From positions 20,945-84,944 of the forward strand of contig CAVYBY010000012.1 of assembly GCA_963766935.1 (NCBI GenBank): 64,000 bases of DNA, read 5' to 3'. The notes below the pieces were generated by a model. The model had not been told where the DNA came from and did no database searches. It saw only the letters and a list, made by a program, of their open reading frames with translations. The position numbers and the translations under genes were made by a program. Positions 46,967 through 56,309 of the stretch are shown here, in pieces. The first letter of the stretch is position 1. Each line of letters starts with the position of its first letter. This stretch comes from an uncultured Actinomycetes bacterium (GTDB lineage: Bacteria; Actinomycetota; UBA4738; HRBIN12).

Positions 46967-46980
46967 CGAACGCGCGTTCG
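46967..46980. promoter_or_regulatory. LexA box CGAAC-GCGC-GTTCG in the lexA/LysM divergent promoter region
   Basis: A perfect Cheo-type palindrome. Confidence 0.7.
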
Positions 46981-46994
46981 ACGTCAAGAGGGAA

Positions 46995-47010
46995 TCGAAC
47001 GTGTGTTTGA
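46995..47010. promoter_or_regulatory. LexA box TCGAAC-GTGT-GTTTGA, 33 nt upstream of the lexA ATG
   Basis: One mismatch to TCGAAC-N4-GTTCGA. This fits lexA autoregulation. Confidence 0.65.
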
Positions 47011-47042
47011 ACGCCGGACGGCATCGTGGTAGCGTCCCGGCC

Positions 47043-47651
47043 ATGGCGGATCCCACGGCACGACAGCAGCGAATCCTCGAGTTCATCCGTGAGACGGTGC
47101 GGGATCGGGGCTACCCACCGACCGTCCGCGAGATCGGCGAGGCCGTGGGTCTCACGTCCTCGTCCAGCGTCCATGCCCAGCTCGCGAACCTCGAGCGCAT
47201 GGGGCTGCTGCACAAGGACCCAACGAAGCCCCGGACGGTCGCGCTTTCGGGCGAGCCGCGCGCCGCGTCGGTGCCGGTACCGCTCGTGGGCCGTATCGCT
47301 GCCGGCGCTCCCACCATGGCCGACCAGGAGGTCGACGAGTACCTCGCCCTGCCCGCCGGCTACGTCGGGTCGGGCGACCACTTCGCTCTGACGGTTGCCG
47401 GTGACTCCATGGTGGGCGCCGGGATCATGGATGGAGACGTCGTGGTCCTGCGGTCCCAGGACGACGCCGACGACGGCGCGATCGTGGCGGCCCTGCTTGG
47501 AGGCCCGGCCGAGGACGAGGCCACGGTGAAGCGCCTCGGCCACGACGGGGACCGGGTCATGCTCATCCCCGAGAACCCCTCGATGAAGCCCTTCGAGATG
47601 GTGGACGGCAGGATCGTGGGCAAAGTCGTGGCGGTCCTTCGTAAGGTCTGA
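47043..47651 (+). CDS. lexA: LexA repressor
   Basis: 202 aa from the ATG at 47043 (MADPTARQQRILEFI...). It has a winged HTH plus S24 peptidase with the AG cleavage site and Ser/Lys dyad. The upstream part of the ORF-track call is junk. Confidence 0.9.
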   Translation: MADPTARQQRILEFIRETVRDRGYPPTVREIGEAVGLTSSSSVHAQLANLERMGLLHKDPTKPRTVALSGEPRAASVPVPLVGRIAAGAPTMADQEVDEYLALPAGYVGSGDHFALTVAGDSMVGAGIMDGDVVVLRSQDDADDGAIVAALLGGPAEDEATVKRLGHDGDRVMLIPENPSMKPFEMVDGRIVGKVVAVLRKV

Positions 47652-47720
47652 GCCCGGCTTCCTTCGCCATACCCCGGCAACCGTCTAGGCTTCCGCCATC
47701 CCCATGCGAGGAGCCGTCAG

Positions 47721-48716
47721 ATGACACCAGCCAAGACCACGAACCTCGAACGGCAGATTCGGTCCCAGCCCGACGAGCTCGCCAAGATGCTCGACTCGTC
47801 CACGGTTCGCCAGCAGGTCTACGAGGCCGCCCAGGGCCTTCACCGAGCCCGCAGGATCTGGCTGACCGGCACCGGCACGAGCCAGCACGCGGCCGCGCTC
47901 GGCGCCTCGATGATCCAGGAGGCGGGACGAGCCGCGCACTCGGTCTCGTCGATGCAGTTCGTCGGCTGGGCTCCGATCGTGGGGCCGCAGGACGCGGTCA
48001 TCGTCATCTCCCACACCGCCGAGACGCCATACGCGCTCGCCGCCCGGGCGCTTGCGTTCGAGGCCGGTCTCGAGGTGATCATGGTGACCCGCGAAGGTGC
48101 CGGGTTCCCGTCCTCCATCGAGACCGTGCCGAAGGAGACGTCGGAGACCTACACGGTGAGCTATACGACCGCCGTGCTCGCGCTTGCGATGCTCGCTCGG
48201 GAGCTGGGTGCGGAGAGCATCACCGACGAGGCCCTGGCGCTCGTGCCCGGCGCGGTCAGGAATGCCATCGAAGGCTCCGGCGTCGAGACGATCCAGGCCC
48301 CCGAACGGATGCTGACGTTCGTCGGCGAGGGACCCTCGGCGATCACCGCACGAGAGGGGGCCCTCAAGGTCCGAGAGGGCGCGAGACAGCTGGCGGAGGG
48401 GTTCGACGCCGAGTACCTGCTGCACGGCTCGGCGGTACCGCTCACCTCGAAGGACCGGCTCGTGGCCCTGAGCCCGCCGGACAAGGACGGTCTCGTGGAA
48501 GGACTGGTCACGGCGGCGGAGGCCGAGGGCATCCCCGTCTCCCGGGTACGCGAGCCGGCGCCGCTGCCGCTTCACCTGGCGCAGATTCCGCTCGTCGCCC
48601 GGCTGCAGCTCCTTGCGCTCCGACTCGCCGTTGCCGGCGGACAGGATCCGGACACGGTCATCACGGGTCACTGGGCGGACAAGGGGCTCTGGTCGATCGG
48701 CATGCCGACGGCATAG
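47721..48716 (+). CDS. SIS (sugar isomerase) domain protein, GlmS-C/AgaS-like
   Basis: 331 aa with two SIS modules and a GAGGAG SD. Confidence 0.65.
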   Translation: MTPAKTTNLERQIRSQPDELAKMLDSSTVRQQVYEAAQGLHRARRIWLTGTGTSQHAAALGASMIQEAGRAAHSVSSMQFVGWAPIVGPQDAVIVISHTAETPYALAARALAFEAGLEVIMVTREGAGFPSSIETVPKETSETYTVSYTTAVLALAMLARELGAESITDEALALVPGAVRNAIEGSGVETIQAPERMLTFVGEGPSAITAREGALKVREGARQLAEGFDAEYLLHGSAVPLTSKDRLVALSPPDKDGLVEGLVTAAEAEGIPVSRVREPAPLPLHLAQIPLVARLQLLALRLAVAGGQDPDTVITGHWADKGLWSIGMPTA

Positions 48717-48732
48717 CCGCCCGAGAGACGGC

Positions 48733-50091
48733 TCAGCCGTCGGCGGCGGCGTGGTCCGGTGAGACCCGGGTCGCGAACGGCCGGATGGCGGCCAGCTCCC
48801 TCAGGCCCACCCGAGCCCGGACTCGCGTGCCCGCTGGCTCGGCCTCGGCCGATTCGACCTCCGCCCGGTCGTAGAGCATCGCGACGAGATCCCCGCGCGC
48901 CCACGGGATCAGCGCTTCGATCGCGACGGGCGGGTTCGGGATCGCCCCAAGGACGGCCCGGAGCAGACCCTCGGTTCCCTCCCCGGAGAGTCCCGAGACG
49001 GAGATGGACCCCGGGTGTCTCCGGGCGAGGCGCGCGCGCTCGGGACCCCCGACCTGATCCACCTTGTTGAGCGCGAGCACCTCGGGCACGTCGCCGGCGC
49101 CGATCTCGCCGAGGACCCGACGGACCGCCTCGACCTGCTCCTCCAGCTGTGGCGACGAGGCATCCGCGACGTGGAGCACGAGGTCCGAGCGCGTCACCTC
49201 GTCGAGGGTGGACCGAAACGCCTCCACCAGATCGTGCGGGAGCTTGCCGACGAAACCGACCGTGTCCGAGATGACCACGCGCCGGCCGCCCGGAAGGGTC
49301 AGCCGTCGGGCGGTGGGATCGAGGGTGGCGAAGAGCTGGTCGGCGACGACCACCTCCGAGCTCGTGAGCTGGTTCATCAACGTCGACTTCCCGGCGTTCG
49401 TGTAGCCGGCGATCGCGACCTGGGGCACGCCGGAGCTCTGGCGCCGAGCGTTCTTCAGATCGCGGGACTTCGAGAGCGAGTCGATGTCGCGGCGAAGGCG
49501 CGAGATCCGCCTGCGGATGTGCTGGCGGTCGACTTCCATCTTGGTCTCGCCCGGCCCACGGGTTCCGATGCCGCCGCCCAGCCGGCTCATGGCCTCGCCC
49601 CACCCACGAAGCCGCGGAAGCAAGTAGTTGAGCTGCGCCAGCTCCACCTGCGCCTTGCCCTCCCGGCTGCGTGCGTGCAGCGCGAAGATGTCCAGGATCA
49701 GAGCTGTCCGGTCGACCACCTTCACGTTGAGCCGCTCTTCCAGCGACCGAAGCTGTCCGGGCGTCAGCTCCTCGTCGAGAATCACGGCCTGCGCGCCGGT
49801 CCGGTGGATCTCGCGGTGCAGCTCGTCCACCTTGCCGCGGCCGACCCAGTACTGGGCGTCGGGCTCCGATCGGCTCTGCACGACCCGGGCGACCGGCTCG
49901 GCGCCGGCGGAGTCGGCCAACGCCGCGAGCTCGTCGAGGTCCTCCTCGCGAATCCCCGGGCCGATCCCGACGAGAACGGCGCGCTCACGCACCATCGGCC
50001 GCCACGTGGCCGCGAGCGGCGACTCGAGGGTCCGCGGAGCAGGCGCTCGGTGCTCCGCCACGTGATCAGGCCATGGCCGAGCCGTGCTCAC
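48733..50091 (-). CDS. hflX: GTPase HflX
   Basis: G domain (GYTNAGKST, DTVGF, NKVD) plus N-terminal HflX domain. The alternative ATG at 49995 avoids a 26-nt overlap with dapD. Confidence 0.9.
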   Translation of the reverse strand: MSTARPWPDHVAEHRAPAPRTLESPLAATWRPMVRERAVLVGIGPGIREEDLDELAALADSAGAEPVARVVQSRSEPDAQYWVGRGKVDELHREIHRTGAQAVILDEELTPGQLRSLEERLNVKVVDRTALILDIFALHARSREGKAQVELAQLNYLLPRLRGWGEAMSRLGGGIGTRGPGETKMEVDRQHIRRRISRLRRDIDSLSKSRDLKNARRQSSGVPQVAIAGYTNAGKSTLMNQLTSSEVVVADQLFATLDPTARRLTLPGGRRVVISDTVGFVGKLPHDLVEAFRSTLDEVTRSDLVLHVADASSPQLEEQVEAVRRVLGEIGAGDVPEVLALNKVDQVGGPERARLARRHPGSISVSGLSGEGTEGLLRAVLGAIPNPPVAIEALIPWARGDLVAMLYDRAEVESAEAEPAGTRVRARVGLRELAAIRPFATRVSPDHAAADG

Positions 50092-50899
50092 GCAGCAGCT
50101 CGTTCAGCCGGAGCTTCTCGTCGGTCCCCTCGCTCCGGTAGGCGATGATCAGGCCGCATGGGAGGCCGTAGCTGCCGGCCGGGAACTCGCGTGGCCGGGT
50201 GCCCGGCACCACGACGGCTCCGGCGGGTACCTCGCCGCGGACCTCGACGGGAGTCGTCCCCGTCACGTCGATCACCGGCGTGCTGGCGGTCAGGACCGTT
50301 CCCGCCCCCAGCACGGCCCGGGCCCCGACGCGGACGCCCTCGACGACGACGCAGCGCGAACCCAGGAAGCAGCCGTCCTCCACGATCACGGGCGCGGCCT
50401 GCACCGGCTCGAGCACGCCGCCGATCCCCACGCCGCCGGACAGATGCACGTCCGCACCGACCTGCGCGCACGAGCCGACCGTGGCCCATGTGTCGACGAG
50501 CGTGCCCGGGCCGATCCAGGCCCCGACGTTCACGTAGCTGGGCATCAACACGACGCCCCGTGAGAGGAAGGACCCGAAGCGCGCGGCCGCCGGCGGCACC
50601 ACGCGCACGCCGAGCCCCGCGTACCCGTGCTTGAGCGGCAGCCGGTCGTGGAACTCGAGCGGGCCGGCCTGCGTCGTCTCCAGAGCCCGAACGCGGAAGT
50701 ACAGGAGCACCGCTTCCTTGAGCCACGCGTGCACGACCCAGCCGTCCCCGTCCGGCTCGGCGACGCGAACCTGTCCCCGGTCGAGCAGACCGATCGTTTC
50801 CTCCACCGCTTCGGCATCGATCGACGATGCCCCGCCGGAGCTCTCCGCGCCGGCCCACGCGGCCTCGATCCGCCCCGCCAGCTCGGCGTGAGACGTCAT
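50066..50899 (-). CDS. dapD: 2,3,4,5-tetrahydropyridine-2,6-dicarboxylate N-succinyltransferase
   Basis: 277 aa from the ATG at 50899 with left-handed beta-helix hexapeptide repeats. It makes an ATGA overlap with the dapC stop. Confidence 0.85.
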   Translation of the reverse strand: MTSHAELAGRIEAAWAGAESSGGASSIDAEAVEETIGLLDRGQVRVAEPDGDGWVVHAWLKEAVLLYFRVRALETTQAGPLEFHDRLPLKHGYAGLGVRVVPPAAARFGSFLSRGVVLMPSYVNVGAWIGPGTLVDTWATVGSCAQVGADVHLSGGVGIGGVLEPVQAAPVIVEDGCFLGSRCVVVEGVRVGARAVLGAGTVLTASTPVIDVTGTTPVEVRGEVPAGAVVVPGTRPREFPAGSYGLPCGLIIAYRSEGTDEKLRLNELLREHGSAMA

Positions 50900-52065
50900 G
50901 CGCGCACCCCGGCCAGAACGCCGTCCAGCAGGGCCGCAGCCCGCCGGCAGGCATCGAGCGAGGGCACCGCCGCAAGCCGCACGTACCCCTCCCCCTCCGG
51001 ACCGAAGAACGAGCCGGGCGCGACGACGACGCCGGCCCGCTCGAGCAGGTCGATCGCCCACGCCAGTGAGCTCCGGTCATCGGGGACGCGCACCCACAGG
51101 TAGAACGTGGCGGCGCCCCCGGCCACCTCGACCCCGTGCCGCTCGAAGACGTCGAGGAACAGACGCCGCTTGGCCGCGTACGCGGCGCGATGCCGTTCGA
51201 CGTGCTCCTCGTCGTTCCACGCGGCGATCGACGCGCGCTGGACGAACTCCTGCGGCGTGACGCCGACGCTCGGCCGAAGACGACGAAGCGCCCCGATCAG
51301 ATCCGGATCGCCCGCGAGGAAGCCCGACCGGTAGCCGGTCATGTGCGAGCGCTTGCTGAGCGTGTTGAGAACGAGCACGCCGGAGAGATCGCCGACCTGA
51401 AGCGCCGACGCGGGCGGCTCGTCGAACCACAGCTCGCTGTACGCCTCGTCGGACGCAAGGACGACGTCGTGCGCGCGGCATCGCTCGGCCGCCGCGGCGA
51501 ACAGATCGAGCGGAGCCACGGCGCCGGTCGGGTTGTTCGGGTAGTTGAGCCACAGCACGGCGCTCCGCCGCCAGTTCTCCTCGTCCACGGCGTCCAGATC
51601 GGGAAGGAAGCCCCGCTCCGCCGCGAGCGGAATCCGGACGACCTCGCCGCCCAAGTACCGGGCCCCGCGCTCGGGGATCGCGTAGCCGGGGGCCGTCACG
51701 ATGACGCGGTCCTTGCCGGCGGCGGGATCCAGGAGCGCGCCGGCGAGGGAGAAGATCGGCTCCTTGCTGCCGAGGGTCGGCAGCACGTGACGATCCGGGT
51801 CCAGCTCGACGTCGAACCGCCGCCCCACCCAGGCGGCCACGGCGTTCCGCAGCTCCGGAAGCCCGGCCGCGCGGGGGTACGACGAGACCGGCTCGATCGC
51901 GGCGGCGAGGGCCTCGCGGATGAACGCGGGCGTCTCGTCGCGGGGATCGCCGATCCCGAGATCGACGACTTCGCGGCCCGCCTCGAGCGCGGCTTGCTTC
52001 CGGCGATCGAGCTCCTCGAACGGGTACGGCTCGCTTGCTCGGATGCCGGGTGAAAGATGGACCAC
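50896..52065 (-). CDS. dapC: Succinyldiaminopimelate aminotransferase-like class I PLP aminotransferase
   Basis: About 389 aa from the GTG at 52065, 2 nt after the dapE stop, with the PLP lysine motif SKRSHMTG. The assignment rests on its position between dapE and dapD. Confidence 0.7.
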   Translation of the reverse strand: MVHLSPGIRASEPYPFEELDRRKQAALEAGREVVDLGIGDPRDETPAFIREALAAAIEPVSSYPRAAGLPELRNAVAAWVGRRFDVELDPDRHVLPTLGSKEPIFSLAGALLDPAAGKDRVIVTAPGYAIPERGARYLGGEVVRIPLAAERGFLPDLDAVDEENWRRSAVLWLNYPNNPTGAVAPLDLFAAAAERCRAHDVVLASDEAYSELWFDEPPASALQVGDLSGVLVLNTLSKRSHMTGYRSGFLAGDPDLIGALRRLRPSVGVTPQEFVQRASIAAWNDEEHVERHRAAYAAKRRLFLDVFERHGVEVAGGAATFYLWVRVPDDRSSLAWAIDLLERAGVVVAPGSFFGPEGEGYVRLAAVPSLDACRRAAALLDGVLAGVRA

Positions 52066-52067
52066 GA

Positions 52068-53183
52068 TCAGGCTCCCATCGCCCGCGTCCCGGTCAGGAA
52101 CGCATGCAACACGTCGTAGGAGCGCACCAAGGCTTCCGCGCCGACGCGCTCGTCGTCGCGATGAGCGTACCGCGGGTCCCCGGGGCCGAAATTGATCGCG
52201 GCCACGCCGGCGGCTGCGAAGTCGGCGACGGGCGTCCAGGCCTGCTTCGGGCCGACGGGCAGGTCCCCGGCGGCCCGAAGCCGCCTGACGAGCGGGTGGC
52301 TCGCGACGACGGGGGCGGGCGGTGAGTTCCCCAGGATCTCGATCTCCGCCCGGGGGTCGCCGAGCAGGCTCCCGAGCCTCGCCTCGGCGTCCCCGGGCGC
52401 GACGTTCGGTGCATACCGCAGGTTGACGTCCGCCTCGACGACGTCGGGGACGACGTTTGTCGAGGCGCCGCCCCGGATGGACGTCACGCTGGCTACCTCG
52501 CGGTAGACGAGCCCGTCGATCTCGACGTCCACCGGTGCGAGCTCCGCCAGCGGCGACAGGATCTGGATCGCGGCGTGGATCGCGTTCTCGGCCAGCCACG
52601 GTCGCGCCGTGTGACCGGCGGTCCCCCGCACCCGGACCCGCGCGTTGAGGTTGCCGAGACAACCGACCTCGGCGGCGTTGTCCGTCGGCTCCATGACGAT
52701 CGCGAGATCGGCCGCCCGAAGCGCCGCGGACCGTTCGAGCATCGGCGCGAGAACCCCATGTGGCGCCGGCAGCTCCTCGCGGCCGAACAGGACGACGCCC
52801 AGGTCGAGCCCGGTCGGAGGTTCCGCGAGATCCCGCACCAGCTCGACGATCACGGCCACCGCGCCCTTCATGTCCGCCGCTCCGCGTCCCGTCACATGGC
52901 CGTCCTCGATCCGGCCCGCGGCGGCGCCGGCGATCGGAACCGTGTCGACGTGTCCGGCCAGGAGCACCAACGGCACGCCCGTGCGACGGTGGGGCAGGGT
53001 CGAGAGCACGCCGTCGCCGCGCTCGACCGGACGGAGCCACGCCGTCTCGAGAAGCCCGCCGAGGTGCGACAGGATGCCGGACTCGTCTCCGCTCTCGGAG
53101 GGAATGTCGATCAGCTCGAGCGTCCGCCGTTGCAGCCGCTCGGCGAGCGAGGCGGCTTGATCCGCAGACGCCCCCCTAGGCAC
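52068..53183 (-). CDS. dapE: Succinyl-diaminopimelate desuccinylase (M20 peptidase family)
   Basis: 371 aa from a GTG start that overlaps the dapF stop by 8 nt (GTGCCTAG). It has metal-binding His/Asp/Glu motifs (AGHVDTV, GAADMKG). Confidence 0.8.
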   Translation of the reverse strand: MPRGASADQAASLAERLQRRTLELIDIPSESGDESGILSHLGGLLETAWLRPVERGDGVLSTLPHRRTGVPLVLLAGHVDTVPIAGAAAGRIEDGHVTGRGAADMKGAVAVIVELVRDLAEPPTGLDLGVVLFGREELPAPHGVLAPMLERSAALRAADLAIVMEPTDNAAEVGCLGNLNARVRVRGTAGHTARPWLAENAIHAAIQILSPLAELAPVDVEIDGLVYREVASVTSIRGGASTNVVPDVVEADVNLRYAPNVAPGDAEARLGSLLGDPRAEIEILGNSPPAPVVASHPLVRRLRAAGDLPVGPKQAWTPVADFAAAGVAAINFGPGDPRYAHRDDERVGAEALVRSYDVLHAFLTGTRAMGA

Positions 53184-54039
53184 GGCGTCCGGTCCCGAGG
53201 TCGAGATCGATGGTCCCCTCGAACACGGCGTCGACCGGGCCGCTCAGCGAGACCGAGCCGTCGGCTCCCCGCTCCACGTCCAGCCGGCCGCCCGGGAACC
53301 GGACCCACGTCCGCGCGGGTGCCACGCCCATCTCCTGGGCGGCCACGGAGACCGCGCACGCCCCCGAACCGCACGAGAGCGTCTCGCCGGACCCGCGCTC
53401 CCACACGCGGGCCTCGAGCCCACCGCCCGCGGCGCGCGCGAACTCGACATTCGCACCCTGCGGGAAGAGCGGCAGATGCTCCAGCGCCGGTCCCAGGCGT
53501 TCGACGTCGATCTCGGCCGGATCCTCCTCGACGAAGAGCACGAGATGTGGATTGCCCATCGACAGGGCGCTCGCCACCACCGTCCGTCCATCCAGCTCGA
53601 ACGGCTGCGCGAGGAACGTCTCCCCCGGTGGGCCGCTCATCGGGACCGCGGCGCGCGCGAACGCGGGGGAACCCATGCCGGCCGTGACGACGACCTCGCC
53701 ATCGACCGACGGCGAGACGGTGACGCGCGAGATCCCCGCCGGCGTCACCACCGCGAAGCCGTCGGTGCCGGCGAGCCCCCGGTCGTGCGCCAGCCGGGCG
53801 AGGCACCTGATGCCGTTGCCGCAGGTGCCGGCCGGCGAGCCATCGGCGTTGCGGTAGTCCATGAGGAATCCCTCCGCGGCGGGGGCGACCCGGATGACCC
53901 CGTCCGCGCCGATGCCGGTCCGGCGATCGCACAGCGCCGCCGCTCTTTCGGGACTCACCTCGAGATGACCGTCCAGATCGAGCAGGAGCACGAAGTCGTT
54001 CCCGCACGCCTCGTACTTCCAGAACGGCTCGATGCTCAC
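53176..54039 (-). CDS. dapF: Diaminopimelate epimerase
   Basis: 287 aa from the GTG at 54039 (GTGA overlap with the miaA stop). It has both catalytic Cys motifs (CGNDF, GSGACA). The 405-aa ORF-track version borrows a miaA out-of-frame segment as leader. Confidence 0.85.
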   Translation of the reverse strand: MSIEPFWKYEACGNDFVLLLDLDGHLEVSPERAAALCDRRTGIGADGVIRVAPAAEGFLMDYRNADGSPAGTCGNGIRCLARLAHDRGLAGTDGFAVVTPAGISRVTVSPSVDGEVVVTAGMGSPAFARAAVPMSGPPGETFLAQPFELDGRTVVASALSMGNPHLVLFVEEDPAEIDVERLGPALEHLPLFPQGANVEFARAAGGGLEARVWERGSGETLSCGSGACAVSVAAQEMGVAPARTWVRFPGGRLDVERGADGSVSLSGPVDAVFEGTIDLDLGTGRRA

Positions 54040-54959
54040 GCGGTCTCCAGGTACTCGAGCATCGCACCGACGGCCTCCGGCGCACCGGCGGGCCCGACGT
54101 CGAACCAGCGGATGCGCGGATCCCGCCGGAACCAGGACATCTGGCGCCGCGCCAGGTTTCGCGTCCGAGCCTGCGTCCTCGTCACCGCCTCCTCGAGCGG
54201 GAGCCGGCCCGCGAGATGTTCCGCGAGCTCTGCGTACCCGATCGCCTGTGTCGAGGTCAGCCACCCGCCGAACCCGCGAGCCACGAGCCGCCGGACTTCG
54301 TCGAGCCAGCCGGCCGCGAACATCGACCGGACCCGGTCCTCGATTCGCGCCGCGCAGGACCTCGGGCGGCATCCGGATCCCCGCGACCCGCACCCGCTGC
54401 GGCGGGGAATCGCTCCCACGCCGTGGCGAACGAGCTGAACGGCGCGCCGGTCACCTGGACGACCTCGAGCGCCCGCACGATCCGGCGCAGGTTGGCGGGC
54501 TCGATCTTGGCGGCGGCCACCGGGTCGATCGCCTCCAGCCGGAGGTACATCGCCTCGACGCCGTGGGCCTCGGCGTCCCGCTCCAGGCCGGCTCGGATCC
54601 CGGCATCCTCGGGCGGGAAAGACCAGGTCGTCGACGAGCGCGCGGAAGTACAGACCCGACCCGCCCACGAGAAGCACCCGGCGGCTCCTGGCCTGCACAT
54701 CGGCGAGCACGTCGCGCCCGATCGCCTGGAACCTCGAAACGGTGAACCGCTCGGTCGGCTCCGCGAGGTCGAGCAGGTGATGCGGAATCCGAGCGCGCTC
54801 GGCCGGCGTCGGCTTGGCCGTTCCCACGTCCATCCCGCGGTAGACGAGCATCGAGTCGACGCTCGCGATCTCGGCCCCGAGCGCCTGCGCGAGGACGACG
54901 GCCGCGGAGGTCTTGCCCGACGCGGTCGGTCCGACGAGCGCCAGGAGCGGTCCGGTCAC
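54036..54959 (-). CDS. miaA: tRNA dimethylallyltransferase MiaA. The ORF is continuous, but the central ~85 codons are encoded in the two other frames, consistent with three compensating +1 insertions.
   Basis: The N-terminus (GPTASGKT...RALVDDLVF) and C-terminus ([22 protein letters not shown]...) are in frame A. The conserved middle ([63 protein letters not shown]) is in frame +1, and [14 protein letters not shown] is in frame +2. The shift sites are at runs TTT (about 54619), CCCC (about 54405) and CGCGGCGCG (about 54350). Confidence 0.75.
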   Translation of the reverse strand: MTGPLLALVGPTASGKTSAAVVLAQALGAEIASVDSMLVYRGMDVGTAKPTPAERARIPHHLLDLAEPTERFTVSRFQAIGRDVLADVQARSRRVLLVGGSGLYFRALVDDLVFPARGCRDPSRPGAGRRGPRRRGDVPPAGGDRPGGRRQDRARQPAPDRAGARGRPGDRRAVQLVRHGVGAIPRRSGCGSRGSGCRPRSCAARIEDRVRSMFAAGWLDEVRRLVARGFGGWLTSTQAIGYAELAEHLAGRLPLEEAVTRTQARTRNLARRQMSWFRRDPRIRWFDVGPAGAPEAVGAMLEYLETA

Positions 54960-54966
54960 GGCCGAG

Positions 54967-56309
54967 TCAGGTCGCGACGGCCGCCGGGACGGCGCCGAGC
55001 AGATGGTGCGGGGCCGCGCTCACGATCCGCGCCTCGACAAAGGTGCCCGGCGCGAGCGACTCCTCCAGATGCACGATCCGGTTGGTCCGCGTCCGGCCCT
55101 GTGTCGAACCCGCCTTCTTCCCGGCGCCCTCGACCAGGACCTCGACGACCGAGCCCACCTGCTCGAGGTTCCGCTCCAGCGAGATCCGCTCCTGCGCCGC
55201 CACCAGGCGATCGAACCGCTCCTGCACGACCGGTTTGGGGATCTGCTCGTCGAACGAGGCCGCGCGCGTGCCGGGCCGGGGCGAGTACTGGAAGAGATAG
55301 GCGCTGTCGAACCTCGCTCGCTCGACGACGTCGAGCGTGTCGGCGAAGTCTTCCTCGGTCTCGCCCGGGAACCCGACGATGACGTCGGTCGAGACGGCGA
55401 CCTCCGGGATCGCCGCCCGGATCCGTTCGAGCCACGACAGGTATCGCTCGCGGCGATACGAGCGCTGCATCGAGCGAAGGATCCGGTCCGATCCCGACTG
55501 CAGCGGGAAATGGATGTGCTCGCACACCTTCTCGCACTCGGCCATCGCGTCGATCACGTCGGGCGTGAAGTCGTGGGGATGCGGCGACGTGAACCGGATC
55601 CGACGGATGCCGTCGACCTCGTCTACACGCCGGAGCAGTTCGGCGAAGAGCGGGCGGCTGGGACGCGCCGTCGACGCTCACGTCCCGCCCGTAGGTGTTG
55701 ACGTTCTGCCCGAGCAGCGTCACCTCGAGCACTCCCTGGGCGGCGAGACCCTGGACCTCGGCGAGGATGTCGCCGATGCCGCGCGAGCGCTGCGGTCCCC
55801 GCACGAGCGGCACGATGCAGAACGTGCAGGCGTTGTCGCACCCGACGGCGACGGAGACCCAGGCACGATTGGAATCGCCGCGGGCGGCCGGGAGCGCGCT
55901 CGGGAACGTCTCGGTGTACTCGCGCACGTCCATCTGCGGACCGTCTTCCTCGGCCATGCGGAGGAGGTCGAGAAGCTGCGGGAGTGCGTGGGTTCCCACG
56001 ACGACGTCGACCCACGGCGCCCGCTGCTGGATCAGGCCCTGATCCTTCTGAGCCAGACACCCGGCCACCACGATCCGCAGGTCGGGCCGCCGGTCCTTCA
56101 GCGGCTTGAGATGTCCCAGGTTGCCGTACAGCTTGTTGTCGGCGTTCTCGCGGATCGCGCAGGTGTTGAGCACCACCACCCGCGCGTTCTCGCAGGTCCT
56201 CGGCCGGCGTCATGCCGTCCCCGATCAGCAAACCGGCGATGCGCTCCGAATCATGCTCGTTCATCTGGCACCCGAAGGTGCGGATGAGGAATCCCCCCGT
56301 CACGCTCAC
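54967..56309 (-). pseudogene. miaB: tRNA-2-methylthio-N6-dimethylallyladenosine synthase MiaB, split into three frames by two +1 frameshifts
   Basis: The MTTase N-domain (IRTFGCQMNEHDSE) is in ORF 55623 to 56309. The radical-SAM core ([11 protein letters not shown]...CDNACTFC) is in ORF 54956 to 56179. The TRAM end ([13 protein letters not shown]...) is in ORF 54967 to 55557. The shifts lie at about 56195 and about 55650 (a CCC run). The total length is 3n+2. Confidence 0.8.

Noticed and set aside
48706-48740. A short inverted repeat (gacggc-tca-gccgtc) between the convergent SIS gene and hflX that might be a bidirectional terminator
   Set aside because: It has a 6-bp stem and a 3-nt loop and is not followed by a T-run on either strand. 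It is too weak to call.
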